NCBI GenBank assembly: GCA_001949185.1
Contig: BDGG01000016.1
Span: forward strand, 699,839-763,838
Source: Ramazzottius varieornatus
Lineage: Eukaryota > Animalia > Tardigrada
Length of the DNA: 64,000 nt
Reading direction: 5' to 3'
Positions 23,842-36,100 of this stretch are shown piece after piece. Both the position numbers and the translations under genes were made by a program. The stretch's first letter is position 1; each line of letters opens with the position of its first letter. Under the pieces are notes generated by a model that had not been told where the DNA came from, searched no databases, and saw only the letters and a program-made list of their open reading frames with translations.

Positions 23842-24845
23842 GCAGCGAATATTTACAGTATATCTTATGCAGCCGACAACAGCCGATAAAAATTCGGCAG
23901 GCATCGGCAGCTGTCTGCTGGGGATGTGCCCCGGATCAACATGTCGGCTGGCTTTGACCAATGGCCATATGAAATTCGGTGCCGTACCGTCATATGGGCT
24001 TCGGTTTCACATGATGACGGTCCGGCACTTGCCAACCGCAAATCTTGTCGAAAGACCCGAAAATGTTATATGATATGGACAATGGGCCATATGAGCCATT
24101 GTTTGTATCGGAATACAAAAACCAAAATTTAGATTGCACAAATTTTGATGTTTCTTCGAGCTGTAATCAATGACCAGACATTTGATTCATCGACAGTTCG
24201 TTCTTTCTGCACAAAGCAACAAATCTGTATTCAGCACAACTGGCGCAGTGCAGCGTAGTGAACGTGCCCGGTTTTTGATTTCCAGACCTTCGAAAATGTG
24301 TCGGGTGTTTCCGTCTAGACCACAGGGTTTTTTGAACATCACCTCATTGATGGCGGAAAGCAAAATCTGAGAACGTTGTCGTGACGAGGCTTCGCGGCTG
24401 GCGACCTGGAGGCTAATTCTCATTTCCGCGTCTCAGTGCCGGGTGGCCACAGTATGCCACCACACGCCCAGATCGTTAGCTATAACTTGCCGACCGCGCA
24501 CCTTTTCAGGATTCTGTTTTGTATATGTAATGTGCCGATTTTGATTGATCATTTCAGCTGAAGAGAACTAAACTGAAAAAATTTTAAAAAGGAAGAAAAA
24601 ACGACCGCGGAAATCATAGCTCTTTAAAACTAAGTAGGCGGCCTGAAGATGCGTGCTGTTGAATGATTTCGAGCCGTTGTACTAAAACTTAAGCATACGT
24701 CGGTGGATTAGATATTTGCTGTTTGGCTAAAACTTATTTCTAAAAGAAACGGATAAAAATGTGGATTGTTATACCTGGTTGAATGAGACCCTAGTATTGT
24801 GCGCCGGAAATCGCTGCACCACAGCGTCTGTCTCAATGGCATAGA

Positions 24846-24870
24846 ATGACATGACATGACATGACATGAC
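24846..24870. repeat. (ATGAC)5 microsatellite
   Basis: Five perfect pentamer units. Confidence 0.9.
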
Positions 24871-25407
24871 TTGCATTCTATCTCGAGAAGTATATTCGTG
24901 TTGTCGGCTGGCAGAATTGAACCTGGCCGACGACTACGTCACCCATCCGATCCGAGAAACCCCCGATATCGGCAGATAATTTTATCGGAAGCTATCTGCC
25001 AGTATCTGGCCGAGAAAGTATCTGGCCGAATTTTTCTCGGCCGGACGAGCAGACATAAGTATGCCGTCGCCATTAGTCAAAGGCTCAGAGCCTATTAAAC
25101 GAAGCGGAATGACCAATGGACGAGGCCGGGCGACACTGATCCATCTTACTCGTTATACTTGGATCTCCTCGATTCTTCCAGGATCACCAGCGTGTTCGCT
25201 CTGGCTTGGATGAAGTGATGTTTCTCGCGTTCTCCGAGCTGTGTGTCTTTATCGTTAAGTTGTTGGCGAGACGTAACGAAGGCTGTCGAAGGGTGTTTTG
25301 GCTCCAGGTGTGGACGTCTTACAAGTCAGAAGACAGCCTTGACGCCTTTTCTGATCAACGCCAGCCGGAAGGCGTGTTGCGTTTGATCCCGTCCCTCCTG
25401 CCGAAGC

Positions 25408-26246
25408 ATGGCTCGAACGAAACAGCATAAATTGAACCCAAAGCCCAGACCTACCGGTAGAGTGGTAGCTCGGTCCGTCGGAGCAGCAGTTTCGTCCCAA
25501 GATCCTGCTGCGGCGCAGGCAGTGCAGGCACCGCTAGCCAATGCTGCACTTCCTCCTCGTGCGGCGGTTGCTGTGGTTCTCGTGCCTCGTCTTCCTCAGC
25601 CCGGACGACGTGGACGAAAACAGCTGGCAACGAAACCTGCTCATTGACAAGACCGGCGACTGGAGGAATCAAGAAGGCACCTCGGTATCGCCCAGGTAAA
25701 AAAAGCGCCTACTTCTGTGACTGCTAGTTTGCTGCCGTTCTAGTTGTTGTCTACTGCCTCCGTTGCCTTGTCAGGCACGGTCGCCCTTCGGGAGATTCGA
25801 CGTTACCAACAGAGCACAGCAACGTTACTGGGCAAGCTTTCCTTCCAGCGGCTTGTGAAAGAAATCTCCTAAGACTTCATGCTCGATATTCGTTTCCAGC
25901 CTGCTGCCATTGGAGCTCTGCAGGTAGGCTGGAGAACAAACTTGTTGGTGGTATGTCGCCTTTAAACTCAACTGTTTCTTCCCTTGTATCACTTGGCATA
26001 CATCCTCTATCGTTGTAGCAAGCCGCGGAAGCCTACCTGGTCGGCCTGTTCGAAGATACCAACTTGTGCGCCATCCATGCCAACCGCTTAACAATCATGG
26101 TGAAGGATATGATGGTAACGGTTGAATACTCATTTTTTTGATTTTTGGAGTACTGATGTGGAAGATTGGATGACTTTGTTGTAACGTTTCCTTGTCGATC
26201 ATCCTTTCTCTAGCTGGCTCGTCGACTTCGGAACGAGAAGGACTGA
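25408..26246 (+). pseudogene. Intron-containing histone H3.3-like variant pseudogene with elongated N-terminal tail
   Basis: MARTKQ + ~55 extra residues + RKQLATKPAH, then TGA (25645) and a frameshift into PATGGIKKAPRYRPG. Exons 25775-25923 ([40 protein letters not shown]; in-frame TAA 25870), 26019-26114 ([20 protein letters not shown]) and 26214-26246 (LARRLRNEKD*). Confidence 0.88.
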
Positions 26247-27641
26247 TGGTTCGCAATGCTGGGTCTTGCAAGAGGACTTCTTGGTTCATTTCTGAATATT
26301 TTATTTATTTCAAGTGCGTTTTCTTCCCGCTCGAGTAAGCGGTCTTGTCTTTCTCTCGAGGATTTCCGCGGCGAACTTTGTCTAGACTTTTAGAGTTCCA
26401 TAATGTGAGCACAAGTTGTACCAGTTTTATCCCTTCGGTGTTTTTGTCTGGGATCGTATTTTTAAGTTTTCCGTATAACCGTGTGAGTTTCCTGTGTTCC
26501 GCAAGGACGATAAAAAGCTGTGACAAACCTCTTCATGTAAAAACCAAACTGTGGTAGGTTTCCTCAGGACTTGTGATCTGTAGCGAAAACCAGGAGTGTG
26601 ATAACTTCCGGCTGACGTACAGTGCTGTTTTGCCCGAATTTAATTCGCTATTGTGTGAAATTAATGTTACAGGACACACTTCTGCCGTCCTGCGTACAAA
26701 GAGGAGCGAACAATGAATCATCATCAGGATTTTCGTTCGGGTACGGAACAGATCCAGCGAATTCCCCTGATTGGCTGAACGTACACGTACTTTTGCGAGA
26801 AATCGACTGGGTAATTTATAAGTGTTGCTGTTTCAGAATTCAAATCAAGCAAGATGGCTGAGTTCACCTACAACAACGTACGCAAGATCTTCAGATTCCC
26901 GGGTGACCACTTCATCGACACCATCGAAAATGCTGCAAAAGTGAGGATGCTCCTCGCCGAACAGTCCTCAGAAGCCAGCTTTGTAGCTTCCCTGGTTTTC
27001 CTTCAACTCTGCAACTTAGCTGCTGCAACCAAGGCCTCAGATGTAAAGACCATCGAGATCAACTGGAGCACGTTCGCAGGCCCTTACAAAGCCTTCCTAA
27101 AGCTCAGCGCCAAAGTTGCCGAAGACGTGGCAAACAAGATCCCGAGAAAGCCAGCAGGGAACAAAGAAGCGGCGATCCTCCGGGCGATTTACGAATCGTT
27201 ACAGGACAATTCCTTCATCAAAATTCTGTCTGAGAATGAAATGGTGGGAAGCTGCGTGTGTGAACGTCTCGTCAGCTTCCTGCGAGACTACTGGAACTGT
27301 TTGACAGGTATTCACCCAACCATTTAAATCATCGTACATTTCGTGAAGTTTTGATTGTTTTTTATTGATGGCCTCATTTAGATGATGAAGAGAAAGAGAG
27401 ATCGCAAACACGAACCGGCCAAAACTTCGAGCAAACCTTGTCGTGGCCTCGCTGAAACAGCTCATAGTGTTGATCGCTAGGTTCCTGGGACTGAGCTCCG
27501 TCAAGCTGGCCTTTTCCGAAGAAGCGGAGTTTATACAGATCTGGGAGCCGAATGGGTTCAGTTCTGGAGTGGTTCGTGGACGGACTAGAACACGGCTGTA
27601 AGCGACCTTGCACAATAAACGCGAATTCGTGACAGAGAAAC

Positions 27642-27766
27642 TGCGAGCTCGGCAAAGAAACTCGATCACATCGTTTTCTCAACTGGCGCACGTTGTTAGT
27701 GATAGTGTCTGAAACGGTGCGCCACTTGGGATAGCGATCCGGTCGCGTTTCTTTGCCGAGCTCGCA
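27642..27766. repeat. 125-bp palindrome family copy with perfectly covarying outer arms
   Basis: TGCGAGCTCGGCAAAGAAAC / GTTTCTTTGCCGAGCTCGCA (20/20); AACTGGCGCAC-25nt-GTGCGCCACTT. Confidence 0.92.
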
Positions 27767-28099
27767 ACTGGGTGTTAGTCATTCTTGTTTCCAGTGTTCC
27801 CCTGTATGAAAGACAAGACACAATTCCGTATTACGAGGTATTACGAGGTCGAGAGAAAGGTTCGAGAGAGCGCTGGGTTCCACCTAGTTACCGGAACTCC
27901 GCAGTTGCTGGCTCACCGCGCATGTTAGATGCTCCAACGATTTCGAGCCGGCAGATCGTCCTTTCAGAGCTACCACAACATCGAGGACGACCAGGAGAAG
28001 CTGCCCAAAGGAAGGAGAGACCTCGTCGAGCACCTATTGTGGGCTTTGTACAACCACGAGAAGAAGTATTTGCGCCAGTAAGAACAAAATATTCATGAA

Positions 28100-28224
28100 A
28101 TTGGCCGGCGGTAGACGACTCGAACAAGATTCTGACTTAAGTGGCGCACGCTCTAGAACAATAAGAATGAGAACGTGCGCCGCTTGATATAGCGGTCTGG
28201 GTGAGCTCGTTTGCCAACGTCGCA
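28100..28224. repeat. 125-bp palindrome family copy (intron)
   Basis: AAGTGGCGCAC(28139)-25nt-GTGCGCCGCTTGA..CGTTTGCCAACGTCGCA. Confidence 0.87.
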
Positions 28225-28597
28225 AATCTCAATGAATTCATTACTTTTCGCAATTCCAGGCAGCCGTTGGCGTTTTCGGTCTTGGGCACGCTTAAAAGTC
28301 TTGAAGGCGATGCGAGAGCGGAGACCTTGCTGAACGAAGCTGCCAGCATCAGCCAGAAAGACTTCGACGATGCCTATACGGTACCGTACTCGTTTTTGGT
28401 GAATCATTACATCAGAGTCGGCGGCGGTACTGGTAATCCCTTGGCCAAGTCTCCGGAAGAAATACGGATGCAACGTGTGGCGTTAGTTCCTCGACCGATG
28501 ATTGCAAGAGCGGTCTCCAGATTTCAGCTATGCATAATCCGCGATGAATACTTGTTGCAAGGTTAAATCCAAATTTCTCCGATACTATCATCCAATA

Positions 28598-28724
28598 TGG
28601 ACTTCATCAAACACTGTCTCGAACAGGATTGTTTTCCCAACTGGCACATGCTCTCAGCGAATAAAAATGCAAATGTCCGCCACGTGAGAAAACATTCCTG
28701 TTCAATTCGGTTGCCGACGTCCGA
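28598..28724. repeat. 125-bp palindrome family copy (intron)
   Basis: GATTGTTTTCCCAACTGGCACAT-25nt-GTCCGCCACGTGAGAAAAC..TTCAATTCGGTTGCCGACGTCCGA. Confidence 0.83.
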
Positions 28725-30131
28725 ATTCGTGAGCTCGTTTCCTTACATTTCGGAACAAGAATGGTTTTTGGCATTCCGTCAGAGTTGGTATCGCATACAA
28801 GAAAGCTGGCCGCTCAAATGCGTGACGAACGAGTTTATGCTGTCGCAACGTTGCAGCAAGAACCCTTGATAGTCGCTCTGACTTTGTCTTTCCTTGACCA
28901 CTTCTTCCTGTGGCAGAGCAAGAAGATTCGCGGACCACACAGTGCGTCCAACTCTCCCATGAGAAACATATCCGGAAGCCCGGCTTGGCTAGCCGATGTC
29001 AAAGGTATCCTCCAACAAGTCTCTGGAGCCCCCTGTCGGAACCTCGTCTTCCACTCGTACGTTGGTGCGACGGAAGTCCCGGACATGGCGGCAGTGATGG
29101 AGTACTGTCGCGACCCAAATGTGGCATCCAGTAAGACACGACGCGATGCCACAGTTTGGTACTACCAGCTGCAGGGGCTTTCCCCCAAAAGGTACAAGCC
29201 GAATGGTAAAGTCCAGGTGGTGTGGTGTAGTGGAAAGATGAAATCTCTGGCTGCTCTCCTTCAAGAGGAGTTTAACGTACGAGAAGTTGGTCGTTTACTC
29301 GAACACTGAGCTCCTCGCGTTCTGTTCTCGTTGATATGTGACGATGTACACTACCTGATTCAGAAATAACGCCAGGCTCTACGAATAAGCATTGCTTTCT
29401 TCGTTGTTTCGTGTTCTTATGGCTGCTTAGCTCCTTTGTTGTGGTGCTACTTTGAGTCCATCGCCTGGAAGTTTTAAAGACCTTTTGTTTTGGACAGTGC
29501 GGACATTTTTTGTCACCTTTTTTTCGATTCTCTTTAGTTTGAACGGATACTGTACTTTTTCATGTGCTTTTATTCATGCCTGTTCCTGGAAATTGTAAAA
29601 CCATGAACGAAGTCGGCGGAAGTCCGGCTTGTCTCAAGGATTCAAATTCCCGATGGCTCCGAATGCAGTACACCATCCGGTAAAGTTGATTTACAGTACT
29701 TGGATAGCAAAAAAAAAGACAAATTTCTAAATAGGCTGAAGAATAATAGGAGGATCGTCGATACACGGTAGCGGGCAGTAAAACGAAACTACAGAGCACA
29801 ACATCGGCGATAATAATAAAAGGTAGCCGGGATGAGACGTTCACTACGTCGATACAAGGGCTAACCGATGCAGTTCTCGACAGGGAATTCTGCTGGATAA
29901 AATTAAAAGGATAAAATCATTGTTGAACCGATAAAGTAAAACACCAAGACAGTTTACGTGTAAAGCTCAAAGCACGGCTGGGAAGACCCACTGCCGGAAG
30001 CTCAAAATGTCGGGAAGACTGAGGAACTTGTAAAAATTGAGAACAGTGTGCTTCACTCTCGGCTTTTGATTATTCCTTGAAACCATTTCAAAACTTCTAT
30101 AAATAATAATGATGAGAAACTTGATGCTCGC

Positions 30132-33100
30132 TCAGCATCGCTCTGCCTTGAACGCCGAACTGGGACTTCCGGTCCTTGTTGTATGTGGATAGTAATATGT
30201 GGGATCTGCAACAGAAAAGATGAATAATTTCGAAAAATCTAGCAAGGGTACTTCGGAAACCGTAATCGGTTTCTAGTCGATCGTATCCCAAGTGGCGCAC
30301 GTTTGCATTCTTGTTAGCTGGAAGTGTGCGCCACTTGAGAAAACGATCTTGCTCGAACATTTGCCCGCGTCCCACTCTGTCTCAGGAAGACCAACGAAAT
30401 ACATAGAAAAAGATCGGCTAACAAGAAATAGAAGAAGACCAGAAAATATCAGGTTTCCGAATGCCAAAGAGCGGACTTACTCAAAATGCCGGTTCCAGCT
30501 GCGTATCGTGCCCAAGGATTGTCGGTGGTAGCGTAGCCAGCTGACGGGTACTGGGTGTAAGCAGTGCCATAGGTATAGTCAGCTGCAAAGGAGAAGAACC
30601 GTAAGCTTTCCGACGCAATTCCGCAGAATCTTGGTGAATAGTCCGTTGACTGGGACGTGAGCGAATGACTCAAATAAGAATGTTTTTAAGTGGCGCACTC
30701 GTCCATTCACTAACTACGCAAAAGTGCGCCACTTGCGTGCAATTCATTCGCCGGCGTCTCAACTAATGAGAAAGAAGTAACATAAGGCAGGGAATCAGTT
30801 TCGTGCGAGGACCTGTAGAATAAACGGAGGGAACAGGGCCGTAAGGAGATGTCGTGCAGTAGGCATTCTGGACAGATGTGGGAAGAAGGGTTAAGGTGGC
30901 GGCCGAACTTCCGCCCATCGACATGCTCTCACTCAAGGACGCCGAATGATTTGGTAAAGAACTGTGTGCAATGGAAGAAGGCAGGCTTCCTAGGGTAACA
31001 GAAACCATTCCAGAGACATGCAAAACAAAATTAAAAGACAGAACAGAAACCCGTGCAAGAAACAACGAACGCAGCATTCTGAGAAAGTTTCCCACGTACC
31101 TTGTTGATACGAGAGAGCGCTACCGCCACCCGATCCATCCAGCATTCCACTTCCCGGCATCACAGATTTCATGCTGTCACTCATACCGCCCAATGAGCCT
31201 CCAAGTGCTGAGAAGACGCTGCCGTGGCCCAGATGAGCGGTGGAAGTGTGTGGGTACAAGCTCTGTTCTGGGACACCGTGTCCCGAAGTGACGTAGGGAT
31301 GAAGAGGATACCCCACCGCGCTGCCGTTCACCAGGTTCTCGTTGGCGGCCTTGTGAAGGTCGCTGGCATTCCGGTCACTTCGGTCAGAGTACCACATCTG
31401 AAAAAACACGATAACGCGTGAAAATTCCCCCCACACCGATGGCACGAAGTTCTCCCGTGGCACTTTCCAGTACGAGGAAGTTCTGCAACCCAACGGCTGC
31501 CCACTTCAAGTACCTGCATGCACTTAGAGCCTTGCCCGTATCAAAGCTGAACCAGTATGCAGGTGAGTGAATCCAGCGGAAAGTACCTGACCTCACCTTG
31601 CGGCATATATACTTAGCACGAGAAAATCGGAACCATGTGTATGTACCTGGATGCATGCCATTTTCTCTGTCTGACTGTGTGATTCCTCCCCGACGAAAAT
31701 TTTCGGCTGGTTTTTATCGTACCTGTTGTTGCTGTTGCTGGTTGTCGGAGAAGGTGTGGTTGTTGTCACCATTGAACATGGCGCGTTGTCGTTTAGTTTC
31801 CGAGTCGACGTTAGTACCGGGTGAGGCCGAAGTTCCATTATCTGTGATATCTACACGAGAGATAAATTAACGTTAAATCCACATAATCTTTCTGACAGAT
31901 GATGATGGTGATCTATTTGTAGATGATTCTTCGCTCATGTCCATCTCTCTTGACAAAGCTTGATGGACATCAACTCAGCCATGCCATCACAGAGGAGGCC
32001 AATTAAAATTTGTTCAGGCATAATATGCTGGCGGTATGTGGTCCAAACACGATCGTGTTCCCTCTTCCCGCGCTTCTTTTGCAAATTTTTAAAATTTCAA
32101 ATCTATCATCGTTAACTACGTATGCTTCAGCTCAACCTTCCGACTAAATATCGGCCCACTTTTCGCAACGAAATCCGATCGACGAGACCGGGAACAAAGA
32201 CCAGATGAGCCTTTCGCTCACCTGCATACTAATGCCTCGCGATACGACTAAGAATTCGTGTATGTAGGTACGTGAACTAATGCCGCATTCTGTTTGCCAC
32301 ACCACGTTTTATCGAAGCGAAAAGAACTTTTAGAGTTTTGGATCGCGAGGTCACGGCGGTCATATGCTCGTCAAAACTATGATTATCCATCAGCACGAAG
32401 AGAGGTCTGAGTAGAAGAGTAATCTGTCAAACATAACATGCAGCAACCTGACTGCGGCATCGTCGCATCGATAACAACTTGCCCTTCCTTCCCGCGACTA
32501 TTATAGTTTAATATTTTGACAGGTTATCATCTTTATCGAAATGATGAGTGATAAACGCACGGAACACAAGTTATACAGACGTTCAATTAGAGTGCAGCCA
32601 GACATTCATATTTAGTCGTGGGAATATAGCCGAACCCTTTTATCACCGCAGACCCTCCCGTGAACTCGCGGAAGGTCACTGTTCTGAACACCTTCTTAAC
32701 ACCTTTTTAACACTTAAAAGACCACGCAATTTCAGGCTCTGGGAGTACAAGGGGGGTAGATCACCTTCCCTACTTTTTAACTGGCTGAAGTCATGAGGCG
32801 GGGTCAGAGCGGGCCAATCACCACATTTACGCTCCGCATTTTTTGGGTAAATGCGCTACCAAGTGAATCGAGGTGCCAGACCTATGTGATTTTGCTCCGA
32901 CCACTGGCCACGCAATACGAGGCATTTAGAAGCTTCTAAGACTGCATCAATGTACTGTATTCCCTCGATAGTTCTGCAAATTACGTCATTATGCCAGTAA
33001 ATTACACCCGCACTGGTATCCCTGATTGTTTGATTGTCGCCCATCATTACACTTGACTGGGGAGTAGTCTTTGATTGAAGGTATAGATACTTTCTGTTCC

Positions 33101-36100
33101 CCGCCGGATGATATTTACCACGACAGTGACGTGATTCGCAGAACTTTCGAGGGAATACAGTACTAGCTTTGCTCCCAAGTTTCAAGAAGGCTCTCCGTCA
33201 GCCAGGTCTTGAGTAAAGATTTGATCTTTCAACTCGAGACGAAATCTGGTCAAAAACGACAAACTTTTAGAAATTTCCAGAACGCTTCTAGCTAGTGCCC
33301 GTCTTCTTGGATTAGTAGAAACAAAGTTTCTGATGGCAAAGGTGGAAATCCGAGGGGAAAAGGTTCAACAAGAACCATTCCGCGAGGTAATTAGGGTGCG
33401 CCAGGCAACCAGGGTACCCCCTTGGTCTTTTAAGTGTGAACCTTCCGTCGGTTACCACCGATGCGAAAAGGTTCGATACCTCTTTTTCAAAAGACTTTTG
33501 GAACGTTTTGAAAAATTTCGGAAATGTCCAAGATGTATTGGATATGATGCGTCAATTTTCAAACCGTTTCCGGAAAAGCGAGAAAAGGCGATACTTCGAA
33601 TTTCGGATAGAACTGTATCGCTTTCTCTCGTGGGATACCCCGATGTTCATGCTCAATGTGAATTGATGGATGAGGGCCATTGCAGGCAGGGGAGAAAAGG
33701 GGCACACTGCATGGAAATTGGTCGATAATCTTTTTAACGGCTTGCCCAAATCTCCCCATCACGCTTCTCTTCCTGTCCAGAATGTTCTCGATCAACGATA
33801 CATCCGGAGAAATGCCCGGATTAAAACTGCCAATTTCACTACAAATCACTGACATCAAGCCGAGTCTCCTCTGTCTGGCTCACGGTACCAATCTATCACC
33901 CGGATAAAGCCGCGCAAATACGTCATCGCGGACGTATACCAAACACTAGCGTTTGCGCGAATTCAGCTGGGTTCTGTCCACGACACGACACGATGCCCCC
34001 ACTGAGTTCGCGCAGATTTTCACGCTACCACAATGACATACTGAGCAAGTCAAGAGAGTGAAATAGCAGCTCGTTACTCGTACCGTCTCTTTTTCGCTTC
34101 ATGTTGGTTGGGTCCATTCCCAGGATGCCATTGATGGAATAGGCTGCATTCACGTTGCTGCCGTTCCCTTGTGGACCGGTTCCGGCCGCACCTGCGCCAT
34201 TGGCAGCCACTCCAGTGCTTTGGGAATGGTTGGCAGCGATGTGATCGGGACTGGGCGTGCTGAGGTTGGTACTTCCCGAGCCACAATGGAAGCCTAATCC
34301 GCCACTCTTGGCTCTGTCCGCCGCCTTGTTCCGTACAATCCTAAAAACAGATAGATGGTAGTGAAATGGCCTGTCAATCAGAAGAGCTAGCGTCTCGAGG
34401 GAACCTAAGCAATCCATTAACATCCACCACAATCGAACGTTACCACACTTCGTTATGATCCAACCACATCAAACGTATGCTTCCAAAATCTACTTTTAAT
34501 TGCCATTTGTGATGTCCCGCTGGCAGTTAGTTAAATGCAATTATGGTGCTGATATATTTGCATAATCATCCACTGCTGAGATTGGTGTAACGGAAATCAC
34601 AGATGATCACAGGAATACATCAGAACTTTCCCGAGAATTATGAAAAATATTCTGATAATTTCGAAACACTTTCAAAATATTCGGGGATATTTGCGAAATA
34701 TTTCACCTGCCGGTTGAATCGTCCTTTGTTCGTTTCATAAACTCTTTCATCGGACACTTCATCTTCCGCATTATGTTTGACTGCAGTTTATACTTTGATT
34801 GATTGTGGTCTATGCAGATGTCGATTGAGATTTGTTTGACAAGTTGAACGTTTGGCGTACAGAATCTTAATGAAGCGATGGGTGCAATTGTGGCTTGATC
34901 GGAAAACGATCTGTTGGAAGTTCGGAAAGGATATGGCAGTTAATAATGGATGAATCGAGGCACCGAGCCCGACTAGTTTTGAATGCTTCGGAGAATGGGA
35001 AGAGAGAGCCCCAATACATATGTTTCATGTCTGATCTCCTGAATGAATAACAAAAGGGTGCGATAGCTTTCAGAAATGAAAAGGAAACTGTTTTACGAAG
35101 AGGAAGAAAGATGTCGCTCGACGGTTTGGATTCCCAAGAAATTTTTCGGGATCTTTCACGGTGCCTTCTTAATGGCTGCGTCGTTTACTTGTTTATCAAA
35201 ACTGGCAAGAGGAACTTATTTGCAATGGAAAGATGGAGGTCGATCGTTGCGTCAAGCAATGGAGGCATTGGCACGGAAATAATGTGCAAGTCAATTGGAT
35301 CAGCACAGCCATTCCGGCCATTTGCTCCATCCACAAATCCTTCCTTCCCACTTCCATCTGCACATAACTCTCTCTTCCTTTCCGACCGTTCCTCCCGTCA
35401 AAGTACGGGTATCGTCGAAATTCGCTTCCATTCTACTTCGCAAACCCATCCAGTTGTACTCTCGCCCGCTAAAACTACCAGCAAGGTGCGCGAGATAACC
35501 TGGGCAAAGTCTGTAACACAGCACCCAGAAACCCGCACATCGCTGCTGTGTTGCACAGGACGACCGCGTGAGTTAGTCGGGGTGTGCAAATTTGGGCGTA
35601 ACTCGATGGGAAAATATGTGCCACCACGTTCCGTTTGTAAATGGCTGTTTTGAGGATGAAAATCCGTATTCGCCTAAACATTGTACTGCGAGGAGGAAGT
35701 AATAAAACAATATCATCAAAATGGCTGTTTACATTTTTTTGTCCTTTGCCATGGCGCTATCTCATCGAATGGCAAATTGATTCGAAGTTGCTTATGCTTA
35801 TGCCACTCTTCGATTCAGCGACATAGCATTATCCGTGATTGCCAAAGAGATCAAGGATAGCGCTGACTTCTGCTCAAAGTGGCCGCTTCTGGTTTACTGA
35901 CAACACCAGGAAGCTACGCACTGATAAGGTGCGACAACTTGCGACAGCGCATAAAAAGGCCGCAGACGTGTCGCCTTCCGAGTCTACGTACCGGTTGATG
36001 GAGCTGACACTGGGAATGTTGTCCGCGTCGCAAATGTTGTCCGACAACAGTCTGTCGCGAATCTCCCATGCGAACATGGTCGGGTTCTGGCGCTTGTAGG

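Larger units (their letters stand above)
26854..29309 (+). pseudogene. Multi-exon orphan gene of unknown function, apparently disabled
   Basis: Protein-like segments bounded by GT/AG at ~26854-27308, 27382-27597, 27795-28077, 28260-28471 and ~28780-29309. Lesions: 10-bp tandem duplication GTATTACGAG (27828-27847), in-frame TAG 27926, and a likely 1-nt deletion near 27395. No domain recognised. Confidence 0.55.

Noticed and set aside
25408-26246. CENP-A/cenH3 call for the long-tailed histone
   Set aside because: Loop 1 is not extended, Q68/F84/T107 are canonical, and the AAIG motif points to H3.3.
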